A stretch of 64,000 nt of DNA from positions 87,395 through 151,394 of the forward strand of contig JANLWX010000007.1 of the NCBI GenBank assembly GCA_031364845.1, read 5' to 3'. The notes under the pieces are model-generated. The model had not been told where the DNA came from, ran no database searches, and saw only the letters and a list, made by a program, of their open reading frames with translations. The position numbers were made by a program, and so were the translations under genes. This DNA is from Candidatus Eiseniibacteriota bacterium. Its GTDB lineage: Bacteria; Eisenbacteria; RBG-16-71-46. Shown here one piece after another: positions 61,984 to 64,000 of the stretch. Positions within the stretch are counted from its first letter, which is position 1. Each line of letters opens with the position of its first letter.

Positions 61984-62286
61984 ATGAAGGCTGGAATCCA
62001 TCCCATCTACGAATTGCGTGTCTTCCACTGTTACGGCTGCAACCACGAGTGGTCCACGCGCACCACGATCAAGCCTGCGACCGCTGACGGCAAGGTCCAT
62101 CTCGACATCTGCAACAACTGCCACCCGTTCTTCACGGGCAAGCAGCGCCTGGTCGACAAGGCCGGCCGTGTCGAGCGCTTCCGCAAGCGGTACGAGAATA
62201 CCGAAGGCGGGATCGAAAAGGCTGCGGTTGCTGCCGCCGCCGCTGCCGCCGCCGCAAAGGCTGAGACTGCCGACGCGAAGTCCTAG
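61984..62286 (+). CDS. rpmE: 50S ribosomal protein L31 (Cys-containing type)
   Basis: MKAGIHP, CYGC, DICNNCHPFFTGKQ..GRVERF. Confidence 0.95.
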   Translation: MKAGIHPIYELRVFHCYGCNHEWSTRTTIKPATADGKVHLDICNNCHPFFTGKQRLVDKAGRVERFRKRYENTEGGIEKAAVAAAAAAAAAKAETADAKS

Positions 62287-62363
62287 CGAGCGCTTCTGAA
62301 CGACGGCCTCCCGGCCGGGACTTAGACGTCCCCCATGGGAGGCCGTTTCACGTGGAGGGTTCC

Positions 62364-63338
62364 ATGCCGTTTCTGCCGGTGGGCGGACAGGCCGTGATCG
62401 AGGGCGTGATGATGCGTTCACCGACGCTCATCGCGGTCGCGGTGCGCCGTGCCGACGGATCGCTCGGAATGCTCGAGAAGCCGTTCGAGTCGATCACGCG
62501 CCGCGTGAAGGTGCTTGGCCTGCCCGTGATCCGCGGGGCGGTCTCGCTGTTCGAGACCCTCTATCTCGGCATCACCGCACTCAACTTCAGCGCGGACGAA
62601 GCGGTGAAAGAGACTCCGGTCGCGGGCGAAGCCGGCGCCGCCGCGGCGACTGACACGACCGCGAAGTCCGGCGAAGGCGGCCTGGGACTCGCGGCTCAGA
62701 TGCTCACGCTCGTGATCTCGTTCGGGCTCGGGCTCCTGATGTTCGTCGTGCTGCCCGCCAAGCTCACGGGCTGGCTCGGGTTCCACGACCGCATCGGCTT
62801 CGGCCTGGTCGACGGCCTGTTCCGCCTGATCGCGTTCGTGCTCTATCTGCTGCTCATCAGCCAGTGGAAGGAAATGGCGCGCGTGCTGGGCTACCACGGT
62901 GCCGAGCACAAGGCGATCCATGCGCTCGAGCGCCGCGCGCCGCTCACGCCCGAAAGTGTGCAGAGCTTCAGCCGCTTCCATCCGCGCTGTGGCACGTCGT
63001 TCCTGTTCCTGGTCGTGGTGGTGAGCATCGTGGTGTTCACGTTCATCGGTAAGCCGCGCGGCATCGGCGATCACCTGCTGCGCATCGCGTGCATGCCGCT
63101 GATCGCGGGCGTGGCATTCGAATTCATCCGCATCTCCGGCAAGTACGCCGACCGTCCGCTCGTGAAAGTGCTGACGTGGCCCGGCATGCAGTTCCAGCGG
63201 CTGACCACGCGCGAACCCGATCTCGAGATGTGCGAGGTCGCGATCGCGGCGCTCGAGAAGGTGCGCGTCGATGCGACGGTCGTGGCGCTCGAGCAGGCCG
63301 GTGACCAGGTGCGCGCGGACGTGGCGTTCGTGCAGTAG
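62364..63338 (+). CDS. DUF1385 (YqhQ-like) membrane protein
   Basis: [44 protein letters not shown]. Confidence 0.9.
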   Translation: MPFLPVGGQAVIEGVMMRSPTLIAVAVRRADGSLGMLEKPFESITRRVKVLGLPVIRGAVSLFETLYLGITALNFSADEAVKETPVAGEAGAAAATDTTAKSGEGGLGLAAQMLTLVISFGLGLLMFVVLPAKLTGWLGFHDRIGFGLVDGLFRLIAFVLYLLLISQWKEMARVLGYHGAEHKAIHALERRAPLTPESVQSFSRFHPRCGTSFLFLVVVVSIVVFTFIGKPRGIGDHLLRIACMPLIAGVAFEFIRISGKYADRPLVKVLTWPGMQFQRLTTREPDLEMCEVAIAALEKVRVDATVVALEQAGDQVRADVAFVQ

Positions 63339-63426
63339 CCGTCGCAACGCGCTTCACGCGACACCAACGCCCAAGCCGCGCAACTCTGCGGACCCGAACC
63401 GACACACTCCACCCGGCGGCCCGACC

Positions 63427-64000
63427 ATGTGGGAAGCACTCAAGACCATCGCAGCGCGCTACGACGAGCTGACCGCCCAACTGTCGGATCCGCAGGTCGC
63501 GAGCGACCTCAAGCGCATGCGCGATCTGTCGCGCGAGCGCTCGCGGCTGGAAGAAACCATCCGCACGCTCGCCGACTACCGGCGCACCGAACGCACCGTG
63601 CTCGATGACGAGGCCGCGATCGCCTCGGGTGATCCCGAACTGGCCGAACTCGCGGGCGCCGAGTTGCCGGCGCTGCGCGAGCAACTCGCGGCACTCGAAG
63701 CCGAACTGCGCCGGTTGCTGCTGCCGCGCGATCCCGACGACGACAAGAACGTGATCGTCGAAATTCGCGGCGGCGTAGGCGGCGAGGAGGCATCGCTGTT
63801 CGCGGCCAACCTCTACCGCATGTACACCAAGTTCGCCGAGCGCATGGGCTGGAAGCAGGAGCTGATGAACACGAGCCCGTCCGATTCCGGTGGCCTCAAA
63901 GACATCACGTTTCTGCTGACCGGCGAAGATGTCTACAAGCGCATGAAGTTCGAAAGCGGCGTGCATCGCGTGCAGCGCGTGCCGGCGACCGAAGCTTCGG
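63427..64000 (+). CDS. prfA: peptide chain release factor 1, 3' truncated, absent from the ORF track
   Basis: LLLPRDPDDDKNVIVEIRGGVGGEEASLFA, KFESGVHRVQRVPATE (PxT motif of RF1). Confidence 0.95.
   Translation, partial: MWEALKTIAARYDELTAQLSDPQVASDLKRMRDLSRERSRLEETIRTLADYRRTERTVLDDEAAIASGDPELAELAGAELPALREQLAALEAELRRLLLPRDPDDDKNVIVEIRGGVGGEEASLFAANLYRMYTKFAERMGWKQELMNTSPSDSGGLKDITFLLTGEDVYKRMKFESGVHRVQRVPATEAS

Noticed and set aside
63427..64000. RF2 with programmed frameshift
   Set aside because: Continuous frame and PAT (PxT) motif identify RF1

Overview
High-GC bacterial chromosomal window, mostly core genes, from a diderm: it encodes LpxH, Omp85-type and PorV-type barrels, and several secreted proteins with FlgD-Ig-like C-terminal domains, so an FCB-related lineage such as Ca. 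Eisenbacteria is a guess. It holds a caa3-type cytochrome oxidase cluster (ctaA, ctaB, coxBAC, subunit IV), initiator tRNA-Met, eno-ftsB, an ECF sigma/ZAS anti-sigma operon, rlmN-ntrY-ntrX-like genes, degP, an amidase, lpdA, a large S8 protease, rho and rpmE-DUF1385-prfA. No CRISPR array, integrase or transposase was seen. The most striking locus is 23.7-32.2 kb: a 99-aa exported protein, then a 1027-aa TPR-GAF-sigma54 activator, then a sigma54-type promoter leading into a ~425-nt highly structured, apparently non-coding RNA with its own terminator, then a second consensus sigma54 promoter and an envelope operon (two proteins sharing a CxDCH..DPYY..C motif, and a PorV-like barrel). Also notable: an OsmC-like selenoprotein (in-frame UGA plus SECIS-like hairpin) that the ORF track splits in two, a second candidate structured RNA antisense upstream of rho, a probable CUG-initiated histidine kinase, and two REP/MITE-like palindromes.
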